NCBI GenBank assembly: GCA_965221075.1 | Contig: OZ244865.1 | Location: 33,123-97,122, forward strand | Length of the DNA stretch: 64,000 bases | Origin: Limisphaerales bacterium | GTDB taxonomy: Bacteria > Verrucomicrobiota > Verrucomicrobiia > Limisphaerales > AAA164-E04 | Direction: 5' to 3' | Shown: piece after piece, positions 1 to 8,611 of the stretch | Position numbering within the stretch: the first letter of the stretch is position 1 | Layout of the letters: every line of letters starts with the position of its first letter | Made by a program: the position numbers and the translations under genes | The notes under the pieces: generated by a model | Told to the model about the DNA's origin: nothing | The model's database searches: none | Seen by the model: the letters and a program-made list of their open reading frames with translations, nothing else

Positions 1-43
1 TCCGGTCCGCATGAGGCGCTTCACCCGTGGACGAGGAAACCGG

Positions 44-1072
44 TCAGGGCCGCCGCCGGGTGCTCACGCTGCGCAGCAGCCCGACATCCTCCAGGGTGCG
101 CCCGGTCCCCTCGGCCACCGCCACCATCGGATCGTCGGCGATGTGGACGGCCAGGCCGAACCGGTCGGCGATCAGGCGGTCGACGCCCTTCAGCAGGGCC
201 CCGCCCCCGGCCAGCACGATCCCGCGATCGACCAGGTCCCCGGCCAGCTCGGGCGGGCACCGGTCCAGGGTGAGGCTGATCGACTCCAGTATGTCCCTGA
301 GCGGATCCTCCAGGGCCTGACGGATCTCCTCCGAGCCGATGGTCATGGTGGTGGGAACGTTGCTGTTGATGTCCTTGCCCTTCACCTCCATGGACTGCTC
401 CTGCTCCAGCGGGAAGGCGGAGCCGATCCGCATCTTGATCCTCTCGGCGGTGGGCTGCCCGATGGCCAGGCCGTGCGAGCGCTTCAGGTGGGAGACGATG
501 TGCTCGTCGAACTGGTCGCCCCCCACCCGCAGGCTGCGGGCGGCCACGATCCCCGCCAGGGAGATGACCGCCATCTCGCAGGTGCCCCCGCCGATGTCCA
601 CGATCATGTTCCCCACCGGCTCCTCCACCGGAAGGCCCACCCCGATGGCCGAGGCCATGGGCTGGTCGATCAGGTAGACGTCCCGGGCACCGGCATGGGA
701 GACCGAGTCCTTGACCGCCCGCTTCTCCACCTCGGTGATGCCGGTGGGCACCGCCACCACCACCCGGGGGCTGACCATCTTGCGGGGGCTCACCTTCCGG
801 ATGAACTCCCGCAGCATCACCTCGGTGATCTCGAAGTCGGCGATCACCCCGTCCTTCATGGGGCGGATCGCGTCCTTGTTGACCGGGGTGCGGTTGAGCA
901 TCTCCTTGGCCCTGGTCCCGACCGCCAGCGCCTTCCTGGTCCCCCCGAGGACCGTCACCACCGAGGGCTCGCGCAGCACGATCCCCCGGTCCCGGACGTA
1001 GATCAGGCAGTTGGCCGTTCCGAGATCGATCCCGATGTCGTTCGAGAAGAGACCTTTGAGCAGTGGCCACAT
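44..1072 (-). CDS. mreB: Rod shape-determining actin-like protein MreB
   Basis: Minus ORF 44..1192. From the internal ATG at 1072 the product reads MWPLLKGLFSNDIGIDLGTANCLIYV...DQPMASAIGVGLP...VDIGGGTCEMAV...LAGGGALLKG, the typical MreB/actin-fold motifs. The 40 codons upstream are Ala/Arg/Pro-rich read-through. Confidence 0.9.
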   Translation of the reverse strand: MWPLLKGLFSNDIGIDLGTANCLIYVRDRGIVLREPSVVTVLGGTRKALAVGTRAKEMLNRTPVNKDAIRPMKDGVIADFEITEVMLREFIRKVSPRKMVSPRVVVAVPTGITEVEKRAVKDSVSHAGARDVYLIDQPMASAIGVGLPVEEPVGNMIVDIGGGTCEMAVISLAGIVAARSLRVGGDQFDEHIVSHLKRSHGLAIGQPTAERIKMRIGSAFPLEQEQSMEVKGKDINSNVPTTMTIGSEEIRQALEDPLRDILESISLTLDRCPPELAGDLVDRGIVLAGGGALLKGVDRLIADRFGLAVHIADDPMVAVAEGTGRTLEDVGLLRSVSTRRRP

Positions 1073-1184
1073 GGAGGCGGAGGCGCGGAGCGGGAGGCTA
1101 GCCGCAGGGACGGCCCGGGCAAGCCAAATCCTCTTGCCGCCGGCGTCATGCCCCCCTAGCATCCCCCCCTTCCGGCCCGGCCGC

Positions 1185-1260
1185 GGGGCCATAGCTCAGC
1201 TGGTAGAGCATCTCGTTCGCAATGAGAAGGTCAGGGGTTCGACTCCCCTTGGCTCCACCA
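1185..1260 (+). tRNA. tRNA-Ala (anticodon CGC), CCA encoded
   Basis: 76 nt GGGGCCATAGCTCAGCTGGTAGAGCATCTCGTTCGCAATGAGAAGGTCAGGGGTTCGACTCCCCTTGGCTCCACCA. It folds as a cloverleaf: 7-bp acceptor stem with G3:U70 (the Ala identity pair), D arm GCTC/GAGC, anticodon loop TTCGCAA, T arm CAGGGGTTCGACTCCCCTT. Confidence 0.9.
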
Positions 1261-1269
1261 CCCCGCTCC

Positions 1270-4200
1270 ATGGGGCTCTCCGGGCTCCTCGTCCTGTGCC
1301 TGCCGCTGGCCGCCCTGGAGAGGGAGCCCCTGGCCCCGCCCGGGGAGGGCCCTCCGGGCTTCTCCGCCCTGCCGGCCGAGCGCACCGGCATCCGCTTCGC
1401 CAACGCCCTGGGGACCCGGGCCGCCCTGGAGAACCGGATCCTGGAGAACGGCTCCGGAGTGGCCGCCGCCGACGTGGACTCCGACGGCCTCTGCGACCTG
1501 TACTTCTGCGGCATGGACGTCCCCAACGCCCTCTACCGCAACCTGGGGGGCCTGCGCTTCGAGGAGATCGCCGCCCGGGCGGGGGTGGCCTGCGAGGACC
1601 AGCGCTCCTCGGGAGCGGCCTTCGCCGACCTGGACGGCGACGGGGATCCCGACCTGCTGGTCACCGGGCCCTTCAGCGGCATCCGCTGCTTCGTCAACCA
1701 GGGCGGGGGCCGCTTCGAGGAGAGCGGGAGCTCCGGCCTGGACCGCCGGGCGGCCTCCACCTCCCTGGCCCTGGCCGACGCCGAGGGCGACGGGGACCTC
1801 GACCTCTACGCCGCCAGCTACCGGTCCCGCACCTGGAAGGACCTGCCCCCGGGGATCCGCCCCCGGACCACCTGGCGAGGAGGCCGCCCCGTGGCCTGGC
1901 CCGCCGACCGCTTCGTGGCCCGTCGGCGGGAGGACGGCTCGGCGGGGATCGTCGAGATCGGCCAGCCCGACGGCTTCTACCTCAACGACGGCCGGGGCCG
2001 CTTCGTCCGGGAGTCCTGGACCGGAGGGCGCTTCCTCGAGGCCGACGGCTCCCCCCTGGCCGCCCCGCCCCGCAACTGGGGGCTGGCGGCCGCCTTCCGG
2101 GACTTCGACGGCGACGCCCTGCCCGACCTCTACGTCTGCAACGACTTCCTGCACGGCGGCGACGACTTCTTCCTCAACCTGGGCGGCGGCCGCTTCGGCC
2201 GGGCCGCCCCCGAGGCGCTGCGCCACACCAGCTGGTCCTCCATGGCGGTGGACGTCTCCGACATCGACGCCGACGGAAGCCCCGACTTCCTGGTGGCGGA
2301 CATGCTCAGCCCCGATCCGGTCCGGCGGCTGCGCCAGCAGGCCAACCTGGAGACCGGCCGGCGGCTCCTCCCGCCGGGCCTGCGCCCGGACCGCCCCCAG
2401 GTCCAGCAGAACACCCTCTTCCTGGGCAGGGGCGACGGCACCTGGGCCGAGATCGCCCGCCTGGCGGGCCTGGACGCCTCGGGATGGTCCTGGTGCGTCG
2501 TGTTCCTCGACGTCGATCTCGACGGCTACGAGGACGTGCTGGTGGGCAACGGCCACGCCCACGACCTGCTCGACTCCGACGCCACCCGCCGGGCCGCCGA
2601 GGCGATGCGCCGGTCGCGGGGCCGGCGCACGCTCACCCTGGGCCACTACCCGCCCCTCCCCCTGGCCGACCGGGCCTGGCGCAACCGGGGGGACCTCTCC
2701 TTCGAGGAGGCGGGCCGGCTCTGGGGCTTCGACCGGACCGGGATCACCCAGGGGCTGGCCCGGGCCGATCTCGACAACGACGGCGACTGGGACCTGGCCC
2801 TCAACCTCCTGCGGGAGCGGGCGGTGGTGCTGGAGAACACCGGCGCCGCTCCCCGGATCCAGGTGGCGCTCTCGGGGGAGCCGCCCAACACCGCGGGAAT
2901 CGGGGCCCAGGCGCGGCTGCTCCCCGAGGGCCCCGGGCCCTTCCCCGTCCAGAGGCGGGAGATGGCCGCCGGGGGCCGCTACCTCTCCTCCGACCAGCCC
3001 CGGCTGGCCTTCGCCGGAGGGGATCCCTCGCGATCCTTCCGGCTCCAGGTGGACTGGCGGAGCGGCCGGCGCAGCGTGCTGCGGGGCGTCCGGCCGGGCT
3101 ACCGGTACACGGTGGCGGAGAGCGGGGCCGCCGAGGCCCCGGATCCGCCCGCTCCCCGGACCCCGCCCGCCTGGTTCGAGGACGCCACGGACCTGCTGGG
3201 CCACGTCCACCAGGAGGCGCCCTTCAACGATCTGCTCCGGCAGCCCCTCCTGCCCCGGCTCCACAGCCGCCCGGGCCCGGGACTGGCCTGGGCCGACGCC
3301 GACGGGGACGGCCGCGAGGACCTGCTGGTCTCGGGAGGGGCCGGGGGCCGGACCGCCCTCCTGCGCAACCGGGGCGCCGGGGGCTTCCGGGAGCGCGGCC
3401 TGTCCGCCGATCCCGGAGGGGCCGCCGGAATCCTCTGGCTGGAGAGCGGCTTCGAGGGCCTGGTCCTCTCCCCCTCCAACTACCGCGGCGGATCCCGCTC
3501 CCTGCCCTCCCTGCGCTTCCTGGCCGCCCCATCGCTGGACCCGGTCTCCATGGACATGGTCGGGCAGCGCGACAGCACCGGCCCGATCCTCTCCCTCGAC
3601 TACGACGGGGACGGGGATCTGGACCTGTTCGTGGGCGGACGGGTGGTTCCGGGCCGGTGGCCGGAAACACCCGTCTCCCGCCTCTACCGCAACCGCCAGG
3701 GCCGCTTCCGGCTGGACCGGGAGGCCGGCGCGGCCCTGGCCCGGGCCGGGATGGTGCAGGGGGCGGCCGCTCCCGACATCGACGGGGACGGGGACTGCGA
3801 TCTGGTGCTGGCCACCGACTGGGGCCGCCTGCAGCTCTGGCGCAACCAGGACGGAAGGTTCGAGGAGGTCCCCCCCGCCCGGGGCCTGGGCCCGGGAAGG
3901 GGCCTGTGGCAGGGCGTGGCCGCCGCCGACTTCGACGAGGACGGGCGGATCGACATCGCGGCGGCCAACCGGGGCCGCAACACCGGCTACCAGCGCTTCC
4001 TCTCCCATCCCCTGCGGGTGCGCCACGGGGACCTCGACGGCGACGGAAGCGTCGAGACCGTGGAGCTGGTCCGCGATCCGGCCCGCGGCCGCTGGGTCCC
4101 GCTGCAGGGGCTGGAGGCCCTCCAGGCCGCCATCCCCGCCCTGCGCCTGGCGGCCCCCTCGCACCAGGCCCTGGCCGAGAGGGGGCCGGCCCCGTTCCTG

Positions 4201-4875
4201 GGATCCGCCTGGGAGGAGATGGACACCCTGCAGGCCGGCATGCTCGAGAGCGTGGTGCTGCTCAACCGGGGGGACCGCTTCCTGGCCGTCCCCCTGCCCG
4301 CCGAGGCCCAGTTCGCTCCCGCCTGGGGCGTGGTGGCCGCCGACTTCACCGGGGACGGCCACGAGGACCTGTTCCTGGCGCAGAACTGCTTCGGATCCCG
4401 GCCCGCCGTGGTCCGGCACGACGCGGGCCTCGGCCTGCTGCTGGCCGGCGGAGGGGACGGCGCCTTCTCCCCCCTGCCCCCTTCCCGGAGCGGGATCCGG
4501 ATCTGGGGCGAGCAGCGGGGCGCGGCGGCAGCCGACTTCGACGCCGACGGCCGCCTCGACCTGGCGGTGGGGCAGAACGCCGCCCCCACCCGCCTGTTCC
4601 GCAACCGCGGGGCTCCGCCCGCCCACCGCGTCCGCCTCCAGGGCCCCCCCTCCAATCCCAGGGCCGTCGGCGCCCGGCTGCGCTGGGCCGACGGGACCGG
4701 CCCCCTGCGCCAGATCCTCGGCGGCTCGGGCCTCCTCTCCCAGGACAGCCCCGTCACCCTCTGGCCGGTCTCCCCCCGTCCCCGGGAGCTGGAGATCCTG
4801 TGGCCCGGAGGGAAGGCCTCCCGCCTGGCCCTGGAGGGAGCCGCCAGGGAATGGATCGCCGCCTTCCCGGAATAG
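1270..4875 (+). CDS. Large secreted FG-GAP/VCBS-repeat protein with two ASPIC/UnbV-like modules (CRTAC1-family-like)
   Basis: ATG 1270 gives a signal-like MGLSGLLVLCLPLAAL. Many DxDGDGxxD(L/I) repeats (DVDSDGLCDLYF, DLDGDGDPDLLV, DAEGDGDLDLY, DIDADGSPDFLV, DLDNDGDWDLAL...). Two ASPIC/UnbV-like segments (GIGAQARLL..GGRYLSSDQPRLAFA and AVGARLRW..GGSGLLSQDSPVTLW). Confidence 0.8.
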   Translation: MGLSGLLVLCLPLAALEREPLAPPGEGPPGFSALPAERTGIRFANALGTRAALENRILENGSGVAAADVDSDGLCDLYFCGMDVPNALYRNLGGLRFEEIAARAGVACEDQRSSGAAFADLDGDGDPDLLVTGPFSGIRCFVNQGGGRFEESGSSGLDRRAASTSLALADAEGDGDLDLYAASYRSRTWKDLPPGIRPRTTWRGGRPVAWPADRFVARRREDGSAGIVEIGQPDGFYLNDGRGRFVRESWTGGRFLEADGSPLAAPPRNWGLAAAFRDFDGDALPDLYVCNDFLHGGDDFFLNLGGGRFGRAAPEALRHTSWSSMAVDVSDIDADGSPDFLVADMLSPDPVRRLRQQANLETGRRLLPPGLRPDRPQVQQNTLFLGRGDGTWAEIARLAGLDASGWSWCVVFLDVDLDGYEDVLVGNGHAHDLLDSDATRRAAEAMRRSRGRRTLTLGHYPPLPLADRAWRNRGDLSFEEAGRLWGFDRTGITQGLARADLDNDGDWDLALNLLRERAVVLENTGAAPRIQVALSGEPPNTAGIGAQARLLPEGPGPFPVQRREMAAGGRYLSSDQPRLAFAGGDPSRSFRLQVDWRSGRRSVLRGVRPGYRYTVAESGAAEAPDPPAPRTPPAWFEDATDLLGHVHQEAPFNDLLRQPLLPRLHSRPGPGLAWADADGDGREDLLVSGGAGGRTALLRNRGAGGFRERGLSADPGGAAGILWLESGFEGLVLSPSNYRGGSRSLPSLRFLAAPSLDPVSMDMVGQRDSTGPILSLDYDGDGDLDLFVGGRVVPGRWPETPVSRLYRNRQGRFRLDREAGAALARAGMVQGAAAPDIDGDGDCDLVLATDWGRLQLWRNQDGRFEEVPPARGLGPGRGLWQGVAAADFDEDGRIDIAAANRGRNTGYQRFLSHPLRVRHGDLDGDGSVETVELVRDPARGRWVPLQGLEALQAAIPALRLAAPSHQALAERGPAPFLGSAWEEMDTLQAGMLESVVLLNRGDRFLAVPLPAEAQFAPAWGVVAADFTGDGHEDLFLAQNCFGSRPAVVRHDAGLGLLLAGGGDGAFSPLPPSRSGIRIWGEQRGAAAADFDADGRLDLAVGQNAAPTRLFRNRGAPPAHRVRLQGPPSNPRAVGARLRWADGTGPLRQILGGSGLLSQDSPVTLWPVSPRPRELEILWPGGKASRLALEGAAREWIAAFPE

Positions 4876-4983
4876 GGATCCGCCCCCGAGTTTCACGGTG
4901 GACTCGCCCCGCCGCGGCTGCTAGGGTGCCCTCCCCCTGGGAGGAGACAGACGAAGCGCCCCCACCTCTTGACTGCCCGACCG

Positions 4984-5952
4984 ATGAGACAGAGCCTGGC
5001 CCTGACCTGCGTGTTCCTTGGCGCCCTGCACGGGCTGGCCATCGAGAAGGAGGATCTTGAAGACGAGGTCGTCAAGACGAGCTACGGGCTGGGGGCCAAC
5101 TACGGCCGGTCCCTGGCCGGCTCCCCCCTGGAATTCGACATCGAAAGCTTCATCGAGGGGGTGCGCCATGGAGTGGCGGGCTCCTCCCTGCTCTCCGAGG
5201 AGGAGATCCGGACGGTGATGAGCCTGGTCACGACCAAGGTACGCGAGGCCCAGGAACGGAAGCGCAGCGAGCTCGCCGAGAAGAACCGCAGCGAGGGAGC
5301 CGCCTTCCTGGCGGCCAACAAGGAGCAGGAAGGCGTGGTCGTCCTGCCCAGCGGCCTGCAGTACCGGATCCTCGAGGAGGGGACCGGAACCTCCCCCAAC
5401 CCCGTGGACCAGGTCGAGGTCCACTACGAGGGCACCCTCATCGACGGGACCGTCTTCGACAGCTCCAGGAAGAGGGGGAGCCCCGCCACCTTCGCGGTGA
5501 CCCGGGTGATCAAGGGATGGACCGAGGCCCTGCTGCTCATGAAGGAGGGCGCCCGCTGGGAGCTGTACATACCCGCCGCCCTGGCCTACGGGCCCCGAGG
5601 CAGCGGCAGCCAGATCGGGCCCGAGGCGACCCTGATCTTCGACGTGGAGCTGCTCAAGGTGAAGGCCGCCGCGGCCCCCTCGCCACCCGCCAGGATCTCG
5701 CCTCCCGCCAGCAGCGACATCGTCCGGGTCCCCTCCAGGGAGGAGATGGAGCGGGGCGAGAAGATCGAGGTGATCCCGGCCGACAAGGTCGAGGAGTTCC
5801 GCCAGAAGCTCATCGAGGAGGAGAAGGCCCGCAAGGAGGAGGAGTCCGCCGGGGAGGACCAGCCGGAATCCGGGCCCGCCCCCGAGCAGGACGGCGCCGG
5901 GGAAGAGGAAGGCAGCGGCGAGGAAGGCGAGGATTCCGGCAGCGGTTCCTGA
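4984..5952 (+). CDS. FKBP-type peptidyl-prolyl cis-trans isomerase (FkpA/Mip-like) with acidic low-complexity C-terminal tail
   Basis: ORF 4969..5952 (TTG). ATG 4984 gives a signal-like MRQSLALTCVFLGALHGLA. FKBP core: LPSGLQYRILEEGTG..VEVHYEGTLIDGTVFDSS..VIKGWTEALLLMKEGARWELYIP..LAYGPRG..LIFDVELL. The last ~90 aa are Glu/Gly/Ser-rich. Confidence 0.85.
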   Translation: MRQSLALTCVFLGALHGLAIEKEDLEDEVVKTSYGLGANYGRSLAGSPLEFDIESFIEGVRHGVAGSSLLSEEEIRTVMSLVTTKVREAQERKRSELAEKNRSEGAAFLAANKEQEGVVVLPSGLQYRILEEGTGTSPNPVDQVEVHYEGTLIDGTVFDSSRKRGSPATFAVTRVIKGWTEALLLMKEGARWELYIPAALAYGPRGSGSQIGPEATLIFDVELLKVKAAAAPSPPARISPPASSDIVRVPSREEMERGEKIEVIPADKVEEFRQKLIEEEKARKEEESAGEDQPESGPAPEQDGAGEEEGSGEEGEDSGSGS

Positions 5953-6599
5953 CCGGCCCCCTCTCTCCATCATCCCGGGCCGCTTCCTCATGCCCCCGGT
6001 CCGGGGCGCCGCAGGGAGCCTTGCATCCGGTAGCGGAGCGGCATCCGGGAAGGCTGCCCGCAGCCCTTCCCGGGCAGCCGATCCGGATCTCCCTGCCGTG
6101 CGCTCCGCTCGAGGGCGCGCTCCGTTTCTGCCCGCCGGCAAGGAAGGAGGCGCGAGCACGGCCGGTTCCCCCGGCACGTCGTCCATGATCCCCAGGGCAA
6201 GGCGTCGGCGCGCACTTTCCGCATGCGCCTTCCGCCTTCCCTCTGATCTCCCGGCATCCGGAAGCACGTGCTCCGGCGCTGCCTGCAGCGATCTTCCGGG
6301 CGGTTTCCTTCAAGCTGCTCCGGGCTGATTCCCGATCGAGGAAGGAGAAGGCTCCTTCGGACCTGCCAGAGGCGATCGTCTCCCGCTGCCAGGGGAGAGG
6401 GCTTCCCGGAAGGGAAAGGCTGCCAGATCCCGTTTGCGCGGGCGGCAGCCGGGGAAGCCGTTCCAGTCCTTGTCCCCGGCAGGCCTCGGGCGCCGGGCGG
6501 CTGGACTTTCCTGCATGAGGCTGGAGGCCCAGCGGTCTTCGCCATGGCCGGCTTCGAAGTCGCGGAGGATCCGATCCAGGCTCCGGCATCCGGGCCGTT

Positions 6600-7047
6600 C
6601 GCACGGGTGGTCGATCCTTCGGCGCCGACGGCTCCAAGGCCTATCCTGGCTCCGGTGTTCGTGACGACCTTCTGGCGATAGTCCTTCGCCTTGGAGGGAG
6701 CGATCTTCCTGATGATCTCGAGCGCCGCAGTCTCCGGGTCCTTGAGGGCGTCCTTGCTCATCCTCAGGACGTGCGGCCGATCGGGCTTGCCGTCCCATTC
6801 CATCGCCAGGTGCGATAGGACGGCGGTCTTCCCGGCCCCGGGGGCGCCTTGGAGGACAATGGTGAGCCCGGCGGCAGCCGTATTTTCCCTAGCGCTCAGG
6901 AGCGCTTCCTGGCAGTTGGCCTCGATCAGCTCGAAGATGTCCTGGCGCCGAAGAAGGCGGGCGCCAGGCCTTCCTGTCGAAGGGGCGGCTGTACCTCCCC
7001 AGCAGTTCCCGGTCTTACTGTTCGAGGCGCTTCACGGCTGTAGGCAT
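6600..7047 (-). pseudogene. AAA+ ATPase paralog, copy 1 (5' fragment, nonsense plus frameshift)
   Basis: ATG at 7047 (MPTAVKRLEQ) is followed by TAA at 7015-7017, where copy 2 has TAC (Tyr). There is a +1 indel near 6975. Walker A and ..MEWDGKPDRPHVLRMSKDALKDPETAALEIIRKIAPSKAKDYRQKVVTNTGARIGLGAVGAEGSTTRA are still readable. Homology to the other copies stops near 6600. Confidence 0.8.
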
Positions 7048-7112
7048 CCTGCCATCGGTGGCGTCGTTCCACAAGAAGCCGCGCACCCTGGCCGGGGCGG
7101 GGAGGGAGCCCC

Positions 7113-8498
7113 CTACCGCTCCATCCCCCGGTCGTTCTGGGAGCGGGAGGGATCCTTGGCCTGGCGGCGCTCCTCGGCCGCCCTTTCCGCCGCCAGGGCC
7201 GCCTCCCACTGGACGAGGGCCTGGGCTAGCTTGCGCCGGGGGTCGGGTCTCTCCGCCTCCGGCCGGGGCCGGTCGATCAGCCAGGCGCGCAGGCTGGGGA
7301 TGGGACAGGCCAGCCTGTCTGCGTCGAAGGGCTGCATGGCGCCCTTCTGGATCAGATGCCCAAGGAACTGCCTGGCGGTCATGCCTTCCGGAAGTTCCCA
7401 TCCTGCGCCTCGGTCGGCTTTGGCATTTCCCTTGATGGCGCCCAGCACTTCGCTGCGGAGCAGGCCTCCGTCGGCCGGCAGCTCCTTCATGACCGCCGCC
7501 ACCAGGTGCAAGGCATCTTTCATTTCGTCGCTCTGGCGGGCTTCATAGCTCTTGTTCCGGTATTCGCTTGCGCACGCCATCATGGCTTCGACCTCGATGC
7601 GCTGGAGTTCGCCTTTGGCCAGGCCAAGAGCCCAGAAGAGAGCCGCCGCCTCGGTCCGGACATGCTGTGGCCACCCCTCGGAGCTCTCCACGATCCAGCC
7701 GGACAGGCAGTCCAGCACGTAGCCGGCGCCCAGGCCGATGCGGCAGTTGACCAGCATCTGCTTCACGCAGGTGCGCACCTCCTCGCCGGCCAGGGGTACC
7801 AGGGTGCGGACGTTGCCGATTTGCAGGCGGCTGAGGCCGGCCTCGGCCAGCGCAGTAGTGGAATTGGCAAGGCCGGCGTAGACGGGGACGATGGGGAGGC
7901 CGTGCTCCCCGAGGTGGAGGTGTGTCAGGACTTCCTCATGGATCTTCCCGACGTTCTGGATCTCGTCCACCAGGATGCAGAGGGGCTGCTTCCAGTTCCG
8001 GGGGGGCAGGACTTCCTTCAGGATGGAGAAGGAGGCGGCTTCCGGGTCGGTCGCCTGGGTGGTCGTTCCTTTCGTGCTGACGACTCCTAGGCTTATGCCG
8101 CCGCCGCTACTCGTGACGACCTTCTGGCGATAGTCCCTCGCCTTGGAGGGAGCGATCTTCCTGATGATCTCGAGCGCTGTCGTCTCCGGATCCTTGAGGG
8201 TGGTCTGGCTCATCCTCAGGATATGCGGCCGATCGGGCTTGCCGTCCCATTCCATCGCCAGGTGCGATAGGACGGCAGTCTTCCCGGCCCCGGGGGCGCC
8301 TTGGAGGACAATGGTGAGCCCTGCGGCAGCCGTATTTTCCCTAGCGCTCAGGAGCGCTTCCTGGCAGTTGGCCTCGATCAGCTCGAAGATGTCCTGGCGG
8401 CCGACGAAGGCGGGCGCGGCCTTCCTGTCGAATGGGCGGCTGTACCTCCCCAGCAGTTCCCGGTCGTACTGTTCGAGGCGCTTCACGGCTGTAGGCAT
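7113..8498 (-). CDS. AAA+ P-loop ATPase (ORC/Cdc6- or AAA_22-like) with C-terminal winged-helix-like region, paralog copy 2 (intact)
   Basis: ATG 8498. MPTAVKRLEQYDRELLGRYSRPFDRKAAPAFVGRQDIFELI..; Walker A GLTIVLQGAPGAGKTAVL; Walker B PLCILVDEIQNV; LPIVPVYAGLANST..GLSRLQIGNVRTLVPLAGEEVR; C-terminal LRSEVLGAIKG..QFLGHLIQKGAMQP..PIPSLRAWLI. The 579-aa ORF in the track is a read-through of the spacer. Confidence 0.8.
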   Translation of the reverse strand: MPTAVKRLEQYDRELLGRYSRPFDRKAAPAFVGRQDIFELIEANCQEALLSARENTAAAGLTIVLQGAPGAGKTAVLSHLAMEWDGKPDRPHILRMSQTTLKDPETTALEIIRKIAPSKARDYRQKVVTSSGGGISLGVVSTKGTTTQATDPEAASFSILKEVLPPRNWKQPLCILVDEIQNVGKIHEEVLTHLHLGEHGLPIVPVYAGLANSTTALAEAGLSRLQIGNVRTLVPLAGEEVRTCVKQMLVNCRIGLGAGYVLDCLSGWIVESSEGWPQHVRTEAAALFWALGLAKGELQRIEVEAMMACASEYRNKSYEARQSDEMKDALHLVAAVMKELPADGGLLRSEVLGAIKGNAKADRGAGWELPEGMTARQFLGHLIQKGAMQPFDADRLACPIPSLRAWLIDRPRPEAERPDPRRKLAQALVQWEAALAAERAAEERRQAKDPSRSQNDRGMER

Positions 8499-8611
8499 CC
8501 TGCCATCGGTGGCGTCGTTCCACAAGAAGCCGCGCACCCTGGCCGGGGCTCGTAGGGAGTTCCCTACCGCTCCATCCCCTGATCGTCCTGGGAGCGGGAG
8601 GGATCCTTTAC

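Noticed and set aside
1-43. Possible 3'-partial gene downstream of mreB (e.g. mreC) at the window edge
   Set aside because: Too short to evaluate.
1011-5060. Very long ORFs (1349 aa on +, 1221 aa on - at 1231..4896) overlapping the FG-GAP gene
   Set aside because: Their translations are Arg/Pro/Gly/Ala-rich with no motifs, typical high-GC shadow frames. The frame at 1270..4875 has clear FG-GAP/ASPIC motifs. The same applies to 58761..62453(-), 55890..58271(-), 55637..57817(+), 51317..53806(-), 53754..55253(-), 35701..37569(-) and similar ORFs.
5990-6600. Serine recombinase remnant downstream of the truncated ATPase copy 1
   Set aside because: Only one short stretch (RRAETERALERSARQG, 6090-6137, minus strand) resembles FAE.ERDL..ERT.EG. 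That is too weak to annotate as a feature. It is mentioned only as supporting context for the cassette finding.
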